Below, piece after piece: positions 17,463 through 27,494 of a stretch of 64,000 nucleotides of DNA. Every line of letters starts with the position of its first letter. Within the stretch, counting starts at the first letter, position 1. A model generated the notes under the pieces. That model did no database searches. It had not been told where the DNA came from and saw only the letters and a list, made by a program, of their open reading frames with translations. The stretch is from a bacterium (lineage in GTDB: Bacteria > Hydrothermota > Tepidihabitantia > Tepidihabitantales > Tepidihabitantaceae). The stretch covers positions 10,196 to 74,195 of the forward strand of contig JBAMLV010000008.1 of assembly GCA_039793395.1 (NCBI GenBank), read 5' to 3'. The position numbers were made by a program, and so were the translations under genes.

Positions 17463-20400
17463 AAAATAGTAAAAAGGTATCCCTTTTCGTACTGGCACTG
17501 CTCCTTTTACCTTACTTGGTGAATGCGGGCATACTGGTTCAGACATTTGAATTTGAACCCGCGGCAGTAAAATTAACCTCCACCGGACCACACACACTCA
17601 TCACCATTGACGGTGCTGAATTTAACAGTCCACCGGGTACACCACTGCTGCCGAAAGTCGGCAGGTTTGTCCGCCTGCCAGCGCACACCAGCGCCACCGG
17701 AATTGAAATTTTATCAGTGGAGTTTGAAACCCTGCCCGGTACCGCGATGCTACCGGTTGCCCAGCCGCCCGTACCCTTGTCCCTGACACCACCGCCAGCG
17801 GTGGACCTCAAACCCGAACTTGCGCGGCTTAATAACTTTTATCCGGAAACGCTCTGCGCAATTGCCGGCCAGGGTGAACTCAGAAATGACCATCTGCTCG
17901 CACTGCTTATCAGCCCGGTTCAGTATCTGCCCACCACCCATCAGGTCCGCGTTGCCACCCGCATCAAAGTCGCCATCAGTCTTGAAAAACAGGCGTCCAG
18001 GCATCTGCAGTATGCCGATTCCGGACCGATGAACTATCTGCTCATCACCAGCCAGGAACTGGATAGCGTATTCAGGGAACTGGCAACCTGGCGCACCTTG
18101 ACCGGTCTGCCAGCCGCACTGCGTCATATTGAATGGATAGTCGGCACCTTTCCGGGTGCCGATGCTGCCGAAAAACTGCGGAATTATCTTCAACTCTGTG
18201 CCCGGGATTCCGGACTGCAATACCTTCTGCTTGCCGGTGATACTGACATCATCCCGGGCCGGAAAGCTTTTGCCTTTGCCAGCGGTGCGGGGCTCCATCC
18301 GCGCGAAGATTCACTCCCCTGTGACCTGTATTATTCGGACCTGGACGGCACCTGGGATGCAAACGGCAATCACATTTACGGTGAACCTGACGATTCGGTT
18401 GACCTTTTCCCGGACATCTTTGTCGGCCGGGTTCCGGTCCGCACCCGGGAGCAGGCGCGGGCGTTCGTGACTAAACTCCTGACCTATGAGCGCAACCTGC
18501 TCAACGACTATCAGCACCGGGCACTTCTTTCCGCCGCCATCCTCTGGACCGACCCCTGGACCGACGAAATGCACGCCAAGGAAAAAATCCGGGATAATAT
18601 GCCACCGCGGTTCCAGGTCCGAACCCTTTATGAATCACAGATGCCAATCACGGTAGATACCGCAATCGCCCTTCTGAACGCCGGCTGCGGACTGTTTAAT
18701 CATTGCGGCCATGGCTGGATTGATGCCCTGGCACTCAGCCGCCAGACGGTGCTGCGCAATTCCTTAATTGACCAGTTGACCAACCGCCGCCGCCCGGGAA
18801 TCACCTACTCCATCGGCTGCTGGACTGCAGCGTTTGATTTTGACTGTATCGGAGAGCACTTTCTATTGAACCCGGACGGCGGCGGAGTCGCCTATATTGG
18901 CAATTCTTCTTATGGCTGGGGCGCACCGGGCAATCCTGGCTTCGGCTATTCTGACCGGTTTGACCGGCGCTTTTTTGAACTGCTCTTCTCAACCCCGGCA
19001 CCCCGCATCGGCGCCTTACTTGCCCAGACCAAAACCCATTTCATCCCTTTCAGTTTTCAGCCCAATGTTTACCGCTGGCATCAGTTCTGCCTCAACCTGC
19101 TCGGCGACCCGGCAATGCCAGTCCATACCGACACCCTCAGTCCGCTCTATCTGCACAAACCGCTACGCCTGCCCTCTGCGGCAAGCAGTGTGAAAATGGT
19201 GGTTCTTGACCCTGCCGGAGCGGTTAACCAGGCAACGGTAACCCTTACTGCCCCGGACTGCCCGCCCCTGACCGCCACTTCGGCACCGGATGGCACCGTA
19301 ACTTTTGAACTTCCCCGCGCACTGCTGGGAACCGCCTATCTGACGGTCACCGCTCCTAACCACCGCCCGCTCACCGATTCCATTCCGGTTCAGCCAGACC
19401 AGAAAATCACCATTGTCAGTTATCAGTTGATTGACTCCACCGGCGACGCCAACGGCTATATCTCTGCCGGTGAAACCTTCACCATTCGTCTTTACATAAA
19501 GAACATCAGTCCAAGCCCGCTCTATTCTATCCGTGTCCGGCTGGCCACCGAATCACCGCTCCTGACGATTGAGCAGGACTTCGGGTTCATACCGGTCCTG
19601 CCGCCGGAAACCATCATCCCGGTCCGACTGTTTCTGGTCCGCACCGCCCCTGACGCTCTAAACGGCAGTTGCGCCCTGTGCACCATAACCATCACCGACT
19701 CAACCGGCGTATTCAATCAGTTCCCGCTCAATATCCAGTTTTCCCAGCCGGTGCTGAAAATCATCGGTTATAATCTCATTTCCCCGCCAATATCACCGGA
19801 CACCTGCGCCTTGTTCCTGAAAATCACCAATACCGGCCTGACACCCGCACCACCGTCCACCGGAACGGTCTTTAATCCAGATTGGAATCAGAAACTGACA
19901 CTGATTACTCCGGGCATCATCCTGCCGCCGGTTTCTCCGGCAGAAACGGTCTGGTCTTTGGTGCCATGCCGGTTTACTGCCCGGACCGACCCGCTCCGCC
20001 TGGGTATTAATCTGGTCAGCGGCAGGTTTGCTTTCAGCGATACGCTCACCATCAATCTCAGAACTGAGCAACTGTTTAACAACTTTGACTCCGGCCCCGG
20101 GAACTGGTCTATATCCGGTGCTAACGGCTCCTGGTTTTTGACCGCTGAACGGTATTATTCTCCCCGGTTCTCCATTCACGCCGGCAACCCGGATGCCGGT
20201 TATCCGCCGAACTGCACCTGTCTGCTGCTCTCCCCGGAATTCAAACTGCCAAACCGGGCGGTATTAAGTTTTTTGGGCTCATTTGAACTGCCAACCTATG
20301 GAACCGATGGCATTTACTGCCTAATCATTACCCCGGACCGGGAGGAAACTCTTGATTTTATTGGTGCTGGCGGCGCGCTCAAGGAAAAAGGCAGGTTAAG

Positions 20401-20869
20401 CCCTACCGGTAGTCTAAAATGGGTTAAATTCTCCTATGACCTCTCTTTTCTTGAACCCGGAGCACCGGTGCGGTTGAAGTTTGTGTTTGTCTCCGATTCT
20501 CAACCAGAAAGTGCTGCTGGCTTTTATCTGGACGATATTCAGGTGCAGACTGGTGATTCCGCTTGGTCTCAACTGCCGGAAACCACCCGGCTGCTCGGGA
20601 GTTTTCCCAATCCGTTTGGAACCCGCACCACCATCTTTTTTGCCCTTGCCACCCCCGGATTTGTAAAACTTTCGGTTTACACCAGTGCTGGCAGTTTAAT
20701 CCGCACGCTAATTGCCGAAAACATTGCCCCGGGCTACCATTCTCTCGCCTGGGACGGCACCACTGAAACCGGCACCAGGGTTCCAGCGGGCGTCTATTTT
20801 CTCCAACTTGAAGCCGGACATCTGCCGCCGGGACGGGTCCACCGGAAAATAATTAAAGCCGGGCGGTAA
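17459..20869 (+). CDS. Peptidase C25 (gingipain-like cysteine protease) with T9SS C-terminal sorting domain
   Basis: Signal peptide. YLLLAGDTDIIPGR, LPCDLYYSDLDG, catalytic-like NHCGHGW and YSIGCWTAAFD. C-terminus FPNPFGTRTTIFFALATPGFVKLSVYTSAGSLIRTLIAENIAPGYHSLAWDGTTETGTRVPAGVYFLQLEAG (Por/T9SS CTD). ATGA overlap with the cca stop. Confidence 0.75.
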   Translation: MKNSKKVSLFVLALLLLPYLVNAGILVQTFEFEPAAVKLTSTGPHTLITIDGAEFNSPPGTPLLPKVGRFVRLPAHTSATGIEILSVEFETLPGTAMLPVAQPPVPLSLTPPPAVDLKPELARLNNFYPETLCAIAGQGELRNDHLLALLISPVQYLPTTHQVRVATRIKVAISLEKQASRHLQYADSGPMNYLLITSQELDSVFRELATWRTLTGLPAALRHIEWIVGTFPGADAAEKLRNYLQLCARDSGLQYLLLAGDTDIIPGRKAFAFASGAGLHPREDSLPCDLYYSDLDGTWDANGNHIYGEPDDSVDLFPDIFVGRVPVRTREQARAFVTKLLTYERNLLNDYQHRALLSAAILWTDPWTDEMHAKEKIRDNMPPRFQVRTLYESQMPITVDTAIALLNAGCGLFNHCGHGWIDALALSRQTVLRNSLIDQLTNRRRPGITYSIGCWTAAFDFDCIGEHFLLNPDGGGVAYIGNSSYGWGAPGNPGFGYSDRFDRRFFELLFSTPAPRIGALLAQTKTHFIPFSFQPNVYRWHQFCLNLLGDPAMPVHTDTLSPLYLHKPLRLPSAASSVKMVVLDPAGAVNQATVTLTAPDCPPLTATSAPDGTVTFELPRALLGTAYLTVTAPNHRPLTDSIPVQPDQKITIVSYQLIDSTGDANGYISAGETFTIRLYIKNISPSPLYSIRVRLATESPLLTIEQDFGFIPVLPPETIIPVRLFLVRTAPDALNGSCALCTITITDSTGVFNQFPLNIQFSQPVLKIIGYNLISPPISPDTCALFLKITNTGLTPAPPSTGTVFNPDWNQKLTLITPGIILPPVSPAETVWSLVPCRFTARTDPLRLGINLVSGRFAFSDTLTINLRTEQLFNNFDSGPGNWSISGANGSWFLTAERYYSPRFSIHAGNPDAGYPPNCTCLLLSPEFKLPNRAVLSFLGSFELPTYGTDGIYCLIITPDREETLDFIGAGGALKEKGRLSPTGSLKWVKFSYDLSFLEPGAPVRLKFVFVSDSQPESAAGFYLDDIQVQTGDSAWSQLPETTRLLGSFPNPFGTRTTIFFALATPGFVKLSVYTSAGSLIRTLIAENIAPGYHSLAWDGTTETGTRVPAGVYFLQLEAGHLPPGRVHRKIIKAGR

Positions 20870-20870
20870 A

Positions 20871-21794
20871 ATGACACCCGACTTTGTCTATGGACCGGTC
20901 CCTTCCCGACGGCTGGGCTTATCTCTCGGCATCAATCTCATTCCTGAAAAAACCTGCAGTTTCAATTGCATTTACTGCCAGTGCGGCCGGACCACCAGAC
21001 TGACCATCAAACGGCAATCCTGGTTCCCGGTTCAGGAGATAATTAACCAGGTCCGTTCAGCAGTTGCCGGTAAAAAGGTTGACTACCTCACCCTTTCCGG
21101 GGCTGGTGAACCCACGCTGAATCTGGACCTCGGCAAAATTATCAGACTGCTGAAAAGGGAGTTCAGCATACCGGTGGCGGTAATCACCAACTCTTCACTC
21201 CTGACCGAACCCGAAGTCCGCCGCGCACTCTATCATGCGGACCTAATTGTCCCGACACTTGCCGCTGTTGACCCGCGGGTGTTCAAAAGGCTTCATCGCG
21301 CCCACCCCCACCTGTCAATTGAAAAAATCATCCAGGGGTTGAAGATTTTCCGCACACATTATCAGGGCAAAATCTGGATTGAAGTGATGCTCGTCAAGGG
21401 GATTAATGATTCACCCGCACATCTTGCCCGGCTGCGCCAGGTGATTTACCACCTGCAGCCCGACCTGGTGCATCTGAACACCGTGGTCAGGCCACCGGCT
21501 GAAAATTATGCCCGCGCCCTTCCGTTTGATGACCTGGTCCAGATTCAGTTACTATTCGGACCCGGAACCGAAATCGTCCCACCACCGCCAAAACCGGCAC
21601 AAAAGGACTTCCGCGGCAATCCGGAGCAGGCGGTTCTGGCGGTTATCCACAACCGACCGGTAACTGAGACCGACCTGAATCAGGCGTTAGGTATTCCGCA
21701 CCAAACCCTCAGATTAACCATTACCCGGCTCCTGCGCGCAGGCAAAATTACAAAAACAAAATTTCAGGGAAAAATCTTTTACCAGCCTGCCTGA
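20871..21794 (+). CDS. Radical SAM protein
   Basis: CSFNCIYCQCG (CxxxCxxC) near the N-terminus. Starts 1 nt after the peptidase stop. Confidence 0.65.
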   Translation: MTPDFVYGPVPSRRLGLSLGINLIPEKTCSFNCIYCQCGRTTRLTIKRQSWFPVQEIINQVRSAVAGKKVDYLTLSGAGEPTLNLDLGKIIRLLKREFSIPVAVITNSSLLTEPEVRRALYHADLIVPTLAAVDPRVFKRLHRAHPHLSIEKIIQGLKIFRTHYQGKIWIEVMLVKGINDSPAHLARLRQVIYHLQPDLVHLNTVVRPPAENYARALPFDDLVQIQLLFGPGTEIVPPPPKPAQKDFRGNPEQAVLAVIHNRPVTETDLNQALGIPHQTLRLTITRLLRAGKITKTKFQGKIFYQPA

Positions 21795-21825
21795 ACCCGT
21801 GCCAACCTTTTTGCAATGACACAAA

Positions 21826-21872
21826 ATAAAACCCGCCTGCGTTAAGACAGGCGGGCTCATTTTCGCCTTAAC
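21826..21872. terminator. Bidirectional rho-independent terminator
   Basis: aaacCCGCCTGcgttaagaCAGGCGGGctcattttcgcc: 8-bp GC stem with a T-run on the plus strand and, on the reverse strand, a T-run from the preceding aaaataaaa. Sits between convergent genes 20871..21794 and 22152..27494. Confidence 0.7.
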
Positions 21873-22151
21873 CGCCTTTTACTTCCCAGGCGGAGCCGGC
21901 TTCGGCGGCGGTAAAATCGGTACAATCGGACCGTCCATTTTATGCCTCCTTTAATTTATGCTCAACTGCCATCACCTGATAATAAAGCAATTTAGGTGCC
22001 GGTTCAACCCCCTTTATTTAACTGCCTGAAAATCATTATGTTAATGCCCAGTTAGACCATTTTTTAAAAATTCTGGATAAAGCAATCTGTCGCACCAGAG
22101 ATGCAAATTTTGATAACTACTTGAAAAATTGTGTCTTATAAAATTGGGGTT

Positions 22152-25100
22152 TTATATTCCGGTGTTATCCGGCTTCATCGGGTTTATTTTGTAGCGTTTG
22201 ATAAGCCGCTGGACCTGACGCCGGTGTGTAGCCAGCAGGTTGGCAGCCTGGCTGATATTGCCCCGGGTCTGTTCCAGCGCCTGGACTATTTGCTCTCTGG
22301 TTAACCTCCGGCGCTGGTTTGGTTGCTCATTAAGCGTCTGCTTTAATTGAATAAATGGCTCGCCCAGGTCCTGAATTGTAATCTTCGGGTTCTGGGTTAC
22401 TATCACCGCCCGCTCAATTGTATTCTGCAGCTCCCGGACATTGCCGGGCCAGTGATACTGAGTTAATATTTCGTTGACATCGCTCTCAAAGCCCTGAACC
22501 TCTTTGTTTAACTGCTGGGCATAGTTGCGCAGGAAGTAGTTTGCCAGCGGTATTATATCCTGAACCCTTTCCCGGAGCGGCGGAACCCTTATGCTCACTA
22601 CATTGACGCGGTAGAACAGGTCCTCCCGGAACCTGCCGGCTTTGACTTCAGCCATCAGGTCCTTATTGGTGGCACAGATGAGCCGGACATCAACCAGCCG
22701 GGATTCGGTATCGCCCAGCCGGCGGATAATTTTTTCCTCCAGCACCTGAAGCAGTTTTGCCTGAATTGCCAGGGTGGTATTGGTGATTTCGTCAAGAAAG
22801 ATGGTGCCGCCGTTGGCGATTTCAAACAGTCCTGCCTTGTCCCGGACCGCACCGGTAAAGGCACCGCGCAGATGGCCAAAGAGTTCAGACTCAAATAGCG
22901 TTTCTGGCAGGGTGCCGCAGTTGACCGCTACAAATTTATTATCCTTTCGGCCGCTGCGCTGATGGATCAGCCGGGCGATCACCCCCTTACCCGCACCGGT
23001 TTCACCGGTCAAAAGCACGGTGCAGTCGGTTGGGGCGATTTTATTAATAAACCGCAGCACATCGCGCATCGCCCGGGACCGACCAAGAAAAAGTCCGGTC
23101 TGGGGGTCAACCGCCAGGTCCTCACCTTCGGACCTGAACTCCTGGCGCCACTGCTGATAAACCCGGCATTTTTCAATTGTTGCTGCCAGCAGGTGCCCGA
23201 CCGACTGCAACAGATTACGGTCCTCCTCAGTAAACAGGTGGGTGGTCACCCGGGAATCAAGGTAGATTGTGCCGATCACCCGGTCTTCAATCACCAGCGG
23301 CACACACAGCAGTGAGCGGATTTTATTCAGAACCACACTGTGGGCAGAATTGAATCGCGGGTCAAACAGGGCATCGGCGCTGACCAGCGGTTCACGCCGG
23401 CGTCGTGCCCGGCGCAGGACCGAATGCGAAATTGCTTCCGCATCCACAACGGTAGAATGCTCAACATCACGCGCCGCCACTGGCACCAGCCGGTCGCGCT
23501 GAAACAGAAAGATAATTCCCCGCTCTGCCCTGGTGACCGAAAGCACCAGCCCCAGCACCTGTTCTAAAAAATCATCCCGGTCAATACCGGTGTTTACCAG
23601 CTCACTCAACTGATAAAAGACCTTCAGGTATTCATTCCGTTCCCGGGCTTTCAGCCGGATAATACCGAACACCTGCTCCAGACGGTCAAGGGTCCGCTCG
23701 CTCCGCTCAGCTTCAAGATCGTTTCCCAGCAGTTTGAAAATTGAAACCGCCTCCTGGAGATTTGCCCGCACCCATTCATACCGCTCGCCCGGAATGGTCT
23801 GAAAATCCTGGGGCAGGGGCAGTCCCTCTCCCCCGAACAGGTCGGCAGTTGCCAGCAGGCTGAGCCCGAGTTCATATTTTGCACCCAGCCGGCGCAGGAT
23901 TTCAACACTTTCCTGAAAGAGTGCCACTGCCGGTTCCTTTTTCCCGGCCGCACAACGGCACTGTGCCATTAGCCGGAGCGCCTGGGCATATTCTATTGTC
24001 CCTGGTTTCTCCTTGAATACCGCCAGCGCCCGCTCGGCTTCAAAATTAGCCCGGGTTCGGGTCGCCAGCCGGTAGTTGCCAGCAGTCAACCAGGCCCGAC
24101 CGCGCAATCCTGGATACTGGCAGTTCCGAACAGCGCTGATTGCCTGAATTAAATAGCCCTTCACCCGCTCAAACCTCTCTGCCCGCAACTCCATTTTTAC
24201 CTGAATCAAAGAAATGAAAAATTCAACTTCCGGGTCCTGGTGGCTGGCAACGGTCTCCTGCACCTCACGCAGGCAGTGCTCGGCACTGGTCAAATCTCCC
24301 ATTACTGAATATAACTCTGCCCGCATCAGCCCCAATCTTGCCCGGCTCGCCGCTGAGATCCGCCTGCCGGCATATTCGGTAATTTTACCCGCCTGCTCAA
24401 AACATTCCTTTGCCCGATTCCACTCTCCCCGGTCAAAACTGATATTTCCCAAAAGCAGGATGAGATAAAAAGCATCAATTTCACTGCCAATCTGTTCTGC
24501 CAGACCCAGGGCTTCGCTGAATAACCGCTCCGCCTCCTGCCACTCCCCCTGCTCATAACTTATCAATCCGAGCCCGTGATAAGAGGACAGCAGGTAGTAC
24601 ACATCACCAGCCCGGCGCTGGGTTCGCACCGCATCCTCATAACACCGCCGTGCCTTATCAACCTCGCCCCGGCGCAGCCAGAGTGTGGCAAGAAACTGAT
24701 TCAGCAGGGAAATCATAACCTGCTCGTCAATGGCCCGGAAGACATCAAGGCTTTTCTCTGCCAGTTGCCGCGCCAGGACAAAATCGGCTCTTGCCTGTGC
24801 CAGCACCGCAAAATAGTAAAGCACCAGCCCGACCAGCCGGTTCGCCTCCCGGGGAAATTCACCCCGCAGTCGCTCCGCTTTCCGGATTGCCCGGGTCAGA
24901 TACTCCTCAGCCTGATTCAGGTTCCCGCAGGAACAGTGGCACCATCCGAGGTCTGCAAGCAGTCGCGCACACTCAATCGTCTCGCGGTCCTGCCCCAGTG
25001 CCAGCGCCTGGTTAAAAGCCGCCAGCGCCTCGCCAGTGTTGCCAAGCTTCTGCTGCACCAGACCCAGGCGCCGGAGAAACCGTGCCAGCAGCACCCGCTC

Positions 25101-27494
25101 TCCGCCCGGAGCGGGCTGTGCCACCACCAGGCTCATCCCCTGACGATAAATGTCAATCGCCTCCCTCAGACCACCGGTCGCCTCACGCAACTCGCCCACC
25201 CGCTCAATCAAACCCAGCCGTTCACTTACCGGCACATAATCCGGTGCCAGTGCCAGTGCACTCTCATAAAACTGCCGTGCCTCATTAAACAGCAACCATT
25301 CCCGTGCCCTTTCCCCGGCCTGAACCGAATACCGGTATGCCCGTTCGCGGTCCCCGCTCTGAATCCACTGATGTGCCAGTTCAAATACCAGTCGCTCCTG
25401 CTCACCGCCGAATGACAGCTCCATTGCCAGTGCAATCCGGCGATGAATCTCCCGGCGCCGTTCCGGTGGAATCCGCTCGGTAACTGTGGTCTCAAGAATT
25501 TTGCTGGCAAGGACGAGCGCCGGCTTTACCTGCCCGGTCTCATTATTCCGCTGATAAAATGGCTTCAGGAACCCACCGGCTTTCAGCCGGCTTACCGCCT
25601 GAAACAGCGGCCGGTCCTGGAGATTGAGCACCGCGCGCAGAAACTCAACGGTAAACGGTCCGGCAACCAGCGCCCCGACCTCAAGCACACTCAACTCATC
25701 GGGCAGCAAATCCTCAAGCCGGCGCCGCACCACATCCCTTACACTTCTCGGAATGGCAAGCACACTCAACTCATCCCGGGCAAACTGCCAGTCCAGCCCC
25801 TGCCGGCGCAGCACCCCCTGCTCCACCAGCGCATATACCATTTCAATCGTGGTCAGCGGATTACCGCCGCCAAAATCATATATCCAGGTCACCAGGTCAT
25901 CAAGCCCGTTAACCTCACCAACCATTGAAACCACCATCTGCCGCACCTCATCCCGATTCAGCACCCCCACCTCAAAATGGCGGCAGTGCGGCCGTTCGGT
26001 CAATACCGCAATCAGGTCGGTAAACCGTTTCTCATTCAACCCGGAAATCAAAAGCAGAATCCGCTCCTTTTTCAGACCCAGTGCCAGATAGCGCACAAAT
26101 TCCAGGCTCAGCGGGTCAAACAGTTCAAAATCGTCCACCAGCAGAACCAGACTGTGTGTCAGCCGGTGGGACTCGGCAAGCCCCTTCAGCCGCCGCACCA
26201 ACTGCTCAAACAGCCGGAACTTTGACTGCTCAAACGCACCTAAATCCAGCGCCTCCTCAACATCGGTTCCGGCTTTCAACACGCCGATCAGCAACTCCAC
26301 CAGCGACTGCGACCGTGCGCCCAGTGCTACCGGCTCAAAAGCCAAAACGGTTGCCCCTTCCAGCTGGGCAAAAAACTTAACCTCGGCAAGACACCTACTC
26401 TTACCCGCACCCCGCTCACCCGAAATCAGCGCCACGCCGGGAATCCCCCGGGCGGCATCAGCCACCATCCGCTTCAACTCATCAACTATCTCCTTCCTGC
26501 CGACAAAACCCGGTGCCAGCAGGTCCTTGCGTGCGGAAACCGCTGCCTCGGCTCCGCCGACCGCAGCCATTGCCGTCTCTGCTTGCGGGTCAATTGTTTC
26601 TGCCATAACCGGAGAACCGCCTCCCCGGAACTTATCCAGTGGCATCAGTTCTGCCAGGACCAGTTCGGCAATCAGCGCCCGGGCACTCCGGGGACGGCGC
26701 TCCCGCTCCTGGCTTATCATCCGCATCACAATACTTTCCAGCGCCTCCGGCACCTCCGGATTGAACCGGCGGACCGGCTCAAACCCGGAAACATACTGGC
26801 GCTTCAGCCACTCCTCAAGCTGCATCCCGTCCCCGGGTCCCCGGCCGGTTAAAACCTCATACAAAACCAGCCCCAGTGAATACAGATCGCTTCTCCCATC
26901 CGCCTCCCAACCCTTCAACACCTCGGGCGCAACATAACCCAGAGTTCCGCGCCTCCGGTTAAACTGTAATCCTAAATTATTGCCCCCCAGTTCAACTCCT
27001 GGCAACCCTTCGGCAAACCCCAGGTCCAGCAACTTCACCCGCACTTTATCCTCATCCTCATAAACCAGAATATTGGACGGTTTAACATCACAATGAACCA
27101 GCCCCTCCCGGTGAATCGCATCCAGCGCCCAGAGCACCTCCACCAGCGCATTTACCAGTTTCGGTGACCAGCCGGCAAAAAACCTCCGCAGCTCAACCCC
27201 GGGCACAAACTCCATTGTAAAAAATGGCCTGCCATCCCGGCTCAAGCCGTAATCAAAAACCTTGACGATATTCGGATGGGACAACTGGGACAGATAAAAA
27301 AACTCCCGGCTCAGCAACAGACCATCATCTGCGGAACTGTTTTTCAGCAATATTTTTAACGCCAGGATGCGCTGGTTGGTCCGATCCCTGACCCGGTAAA
27401 CCTCGGTGAGCTCGGTCCTGCCGATTAAGTTGAGGATTTCATACCTTTCACTTACCCGGCTGTTAAAACCGGCCTCATCCTTTCCTAACCCCAT
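22152..27494 (-). CDS. 1,780-aa multidomain regulator: Ser/Thr protein kinase + STAND/AAA_16 P-loop NTPase + TPR-like array + GAF + sigma-54 interaction (AAA+) domain + Fis-type HTH
   Basis: Kinase: ALKIL, HCDVKPSNILV, DLGFAEG, GYVAPE. P-loop ISGERGAGKS (around aa 358). About 800 aa of TPR-like repeats. GAF-like segment. Sigma-54 module: GETGAGKG Walker A, FLDEI Walker B, GHLRGAFTGA (GAFTGA). C-terminal HTH RGNISQAANLLATHRRQVQRLIKRY. Confidence 0.8.
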   Translation of the reverse strand: MGLGKDEAGFNSRVSERYEILNLIGRTELTEVYRVRDRTNQRILALKILLKNSSADDGLLLSREFFYLSQLSHPNIVKVFDYGLSRDGRPFFTMEFVPGVELRRFFAGWSPKLVNALVEVLWALDAIHREGLVHCDVKPSNILVYEDEDKVRVKLLDLGFAEGLPGVELGGNNLGLQFNRRRGTLGYVAPEVLKGWEADGRSDLYSLGLVLYEVLTGRGPGDGMQLEEWLKRQYVSGFEPVRRFNPEVPEALESIVMRMISQERERRPRSARALIAELVLAELMPLDKFRGGGSPVMAETIDPQAETAMAAVGGAEAAVSARKDLLAPGFVGRKEIVDELKRMVADAARGIPGVALISGERGAGKSRCLAEVKFFAQLEGATVLAFEPVALGARSQSLVELLIGVLKAGTDVEEALDLGAFEQSKFRLFEQLVRRLKGLAESHRLTHSLVLLVDDFELFDPLSLEFVRYLALGLKKERILLLISGLNEKRFTDLIAVLTERPHCRHFEVGVLNRDEVRQMVVSMVGEVNGLDDLVTWIYDFGGGNPLTTIEMVYALVEQGVLRRQGLDWQFARDELSVLAIPRSVRDVVRRRLEDLLPDELSVLEVGALVAGPFTVEFLRAVLNLQDRPLFQAVSRLKAGGFLKPFYQRNNETGQVKPALVLASKILETTVTERIPPERRREIHRRIALAMELSFGGEQERLVFELAHQWIQSGDRERAYRYSVQAGERAREWLLFNEARQFYESALALAPDYVPVSERLGLIERVGELREATGGLREAIDIYRQGMSLVVAQPAPGGERVLLARFLRRLGLVQQKLGNTGEALAAFNQALALGQDRETIECARLLADLGWCHCSCGNLNQAEEYLTRAIRKAERLRGEFPREANRLVGLVLYYFAVLAQARADFVLARQLAEKSLDVFRAIDEQVMISLLNQFLATLWLRRGEVDKARRCYEDAVRTQRRAGDVYYLLSSYHGLGLISYEQGEWQEAERLFSEALGLAEQIGSEIDAFYLILLLGNISFDRGEWNRAKECFEQAGKITEYAGRRISAASRARLGLMRAELYSVMGDLTSAEHCLREVQETVASHQDPEVEFFISLIQVKMELRAERFERVKGYLIQAISAVRNCQYPGLRGRAWLTAGNYRLATRTRANFEAERALAVFKEKPGTIEYAQALRLMAQCRCAAGKKEPAVALFQESVEILRRLGAKYELGLSLLATADLFGGEGLPLPQDFQTIPGERYEWVRANLQEAVSIFKLLGNDLEAERSERTLDRLEQVFGIIRLKARERNEYLKVFYQLSELVNTGIDRDDFLEQVLGLVLSVTRAERGIIFLFQRDRLVPVAARDVEHSTVVDAEAISHSVLRRARRRREPLVSADALFDPRFNSAHSVVLNKIRSLLCVPLVIEDRVIGTIYLDSRVTTHLFTEEDRNLLQSVGHLLAATIEKCRVYQQWRQEFRSEGEDLAVDPQTGLFLGRSRAMRDVLRFINKIAPTDCTVLLTGETGAGKGVIARLIHQRSGRKDNKFVAVNCGTLPETLFESELFGHLRGAFTGAVRDKAGLFEIANGGTIFLDEITNTTLAIQAKLLQVLEEKIIRRLGDTESRLVDVRLICATNKDLMAEVKAGRFREDLFYRVNVVSIRVPPLRERVQDIIPLANYFLRNYAQQLNKEVQGFESDVNEILTQYHWPGNVRELQNTIERAVIVTQNPKITIQDLGEPFIQLKQTLNEQPNQRRRLTREQIVQALEQTRGNISQAANLLATHRRQVQRLIKRYKINPMKPDNTGI

